A stretch of 64,000 nt of DNA from Heptranchias perlo (lineage: Eukaryota), in contig NC_090350.1 in NCBI RefSeq assembly GCF_035084215.1, positions 19,902,001-19,966,000 of the forward strand, read 5' to 3'. Position 1 is the first letter of the stretch. Each line of letters begins with the position of its first letter. The translations under genes and the position numbers were made by a program. The notes under the pieces were generated by a model. The model searched no databases. It was not told the origin of the DNA and was given only the letters and a program-made list of their open reading frames with translations. Below are positions 62,066 through 64,000 of the stretch, piece after piece.

Positions 62066-63505
62066 TTTGATAATTGGATGATAATATCTTCATTTGAATG
62101 GCAACTCTGTATGGAACAAGTTTTAGTTAATTTTGCAGCTACTGATCATTGAGATGAGTTCTAAGGTAGTTTCTGAATCGAAATGAATTGAGTCAGATAT
62201 CAGATTTATCCAAATAACTCACTTTTCAAGAGTTGGATTTCACATCCTTAAAGTCTGAGTTTTAATTTTTTAGAATTCAAACTGTTCAGATCCATAAAGA
62301 GAAGATTTGAAGAGTCCAACTTACATTATAAAGCTTGGTTGTAAGGTGTTTTCGGACGTTCTGAGATTGTAAAAGACGCAACATAAATGCAAGTTCTGTC
62401 TTCCTAAAGTAAATCCTCATTGTTTTTAACATTTGTTACAGGAGATAAGGGTGCTCCCGGGACACCTGGGAAAGCTGGACCAAAGGGTGAAAAGGGGGAA
62501 AGAGGTAAATATTTGAAGAAAAAACTTTGTTCAATAAAGCCTGAGTAGTAGAATCAGTTCAGGGACCTCCTCATACCATAAACAATTCCGAATGTGTAAC
62601 TACCATTAGAGATATGTGGAATAAGTCATAAATCCAATTTTACATCAAATATTACATACAAAAGTATCATTAAGATATTCAGATGCAGTGAACCAATATG
62701 AGACCAGCTTTTGTGTAAACCAGTTATTATAAAAGTGTCTGGTTATGTAAGGTGACATGTTGTGTTGTAAAACACTGAGAGGTATTGACAAGCTGCTGTT
62801 GTTCACACAGGGGAAAGTGGCACTTCTTACAATTGTGATACAGGTAAGTTTCAGAAATATCAATGGGACCAGGACTCTTCCCACTCAGCTCCAAAAGAAC
62901 CTGGAAGCCGATGCTTTAATAAATAGCATGGTCCTAACTGGACAAGCACTGGGAAGTTTACGGGTGTTCTCTGTTGATAACCTGTACGGTTTTAGCTAGA
63001 TAGATACCCACAGTACCTCGACACACACTGAAGAGTCTCTAAATATTGTCATTGCCAAGTTGCAGCTAAATTCTCTGGATTTAGGTCGGTGACGTGTGTC
63101 CCTACAGGGACAGATGATGCATTCCACAACAGGCAAACGGAAACATTAATTATGTGGATTTCTCAACAGTTAGATTTGGAGTCTCTTAAACATAGTGGGT
63201 TTCTGCATGTGGCTAATCAAAAATAGTGTATATTGGACTAAAGTTGGCCATAGAACATTAAAATAATGTATATTAGATGGAGGTAAATTGAATATATCTG
63301 ACCTTAGGTGTCAGGAAATGTAACGATTTGCAAGACAGGGGAGTAACATTGAGTGGCTGGTACCTCATATACCAGGAAAACTGCAACTCACTAACTGTGT
63401 TCTGTGATATGGACACAGATGGGGGAGGATGGCTGGTGAGTGAATAACTTCAGTTTCTTTGGATTTCCTGGTGATACTGTGTGAGATGTTGGGGTGAAAT
63501 TTAAT

Positions 63506-63845
63506 CCCGTTATACACCCCGCCCGTTATACACCCCGCATGTTATACACTCCACCCATTATACACCCCACATGTTTTACTCCCCGCCCGTTATACACCCC
63601 GCATGTTATACACTCCACCCATTATACACCCCACATGTTATACTCTCCGCCCTTTATACACCCCACATGTTATACTCCCCGCCCTTTATACACCCCACAT
63701 GGTATACACCCTGCCCGTTATACACCCTGCCCGTTATACACCCTGCCCATTATACACACCGCCCTTTATGCCCCCACCCGTTATCCCCCCTGCCTGTTTT
63801 TCTCCCCCCCCCCCCCCCCCCCGCCCCGTTATACTCCCCGCCCGA
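63506..63845 (+). repeat. Minisatellite with units of about 17 nt (cccgttatacaccccgc / catgttatacaccccac)
   Basis: Seen directly; accounts for the repetitive ORFs at 63494, 63571 and 63603. Confidence 0.9.
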
Positions 63846-64000
63846 TTTTCCTTTCCATTTACTTCATTGTGGGCCTATTCGTGCCTCCCATTCTGTGCCC
63901 CCACCAAAGTCCTGTAATCAATGTATCATGCTGGATCATACAATATGGCTATTTATATTTTAATCCATTTAGTAATAAAAGGTAGACTACTATATTGTAT

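Larger units (their letters stand above)
61140..63435 (+). pseudogene. FCN: Ficolin-like gene (collagen, neck and fibrinogen-related domain), apparently frameshifted; continues beyond the right edge
   Basis: Exons 61140-61234 (CEVTSSGSVIQGAAGVPGVPGKPGMNG, then frameshift and TGA), 62442-62504 (GDKGAPGTPGKAGPKGEKGER), 62811-62843 (GESGTSYNCDT) and 63308-63435 ([43 protein letters not shown]). All have AG/GT boundaries. The family call is strong; pseudogene status rests on one lesion. Confidence 0.85.

Noticed and set aside
63494-63985. Repetitive Pro/Tyr/Thr-rich ORFs and a CRISPR-like look
   Set aside because: This is a degenerate minisatellite with no unique spacers, in a vertebrate intron.

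Overview
This is eukaryotic genomic DNA, not prokaryotic. The repeat landscape (CR1, L2 and Tx1 LINEs, tRNA/Deu-type SINEs, Penelope-like elements, Harbinger-group DNA transposons) suggests a cartilaginous fish; this is an inference. The minus strand carries a tandem cluster of four spliced ISG12-family (IFI6/IFI27) interferon-stimulated genes, here called A to D. A has a signal peptide and runs off the left edge. B (104 aa) and C (96 aa) are short IFI27-like genes. D is IFI6-like and its last exon is unresolved. A, B and D have recognisable TATA boxes and ISRE-like elements, and there are relic promoter duplicates. A ficolin-like gene (collagen, neck and fibrinogen-domain exons) lies divergently on the plus strand at the right end. 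Its first collagen exon has a frameshift and premature stop, so it may be a pseudogene. Notable repeats include a Penelope-derived palindrome with 529-bp arms and hammerhead ribozyme motifs just downstream of gene B, Harbinger-group elements with ANT target duplications, and two solo LTRs. Most ORFs in the supplied track are spurious or are transposon fragments. All exon models were read by eye from splice signals and reading phase.
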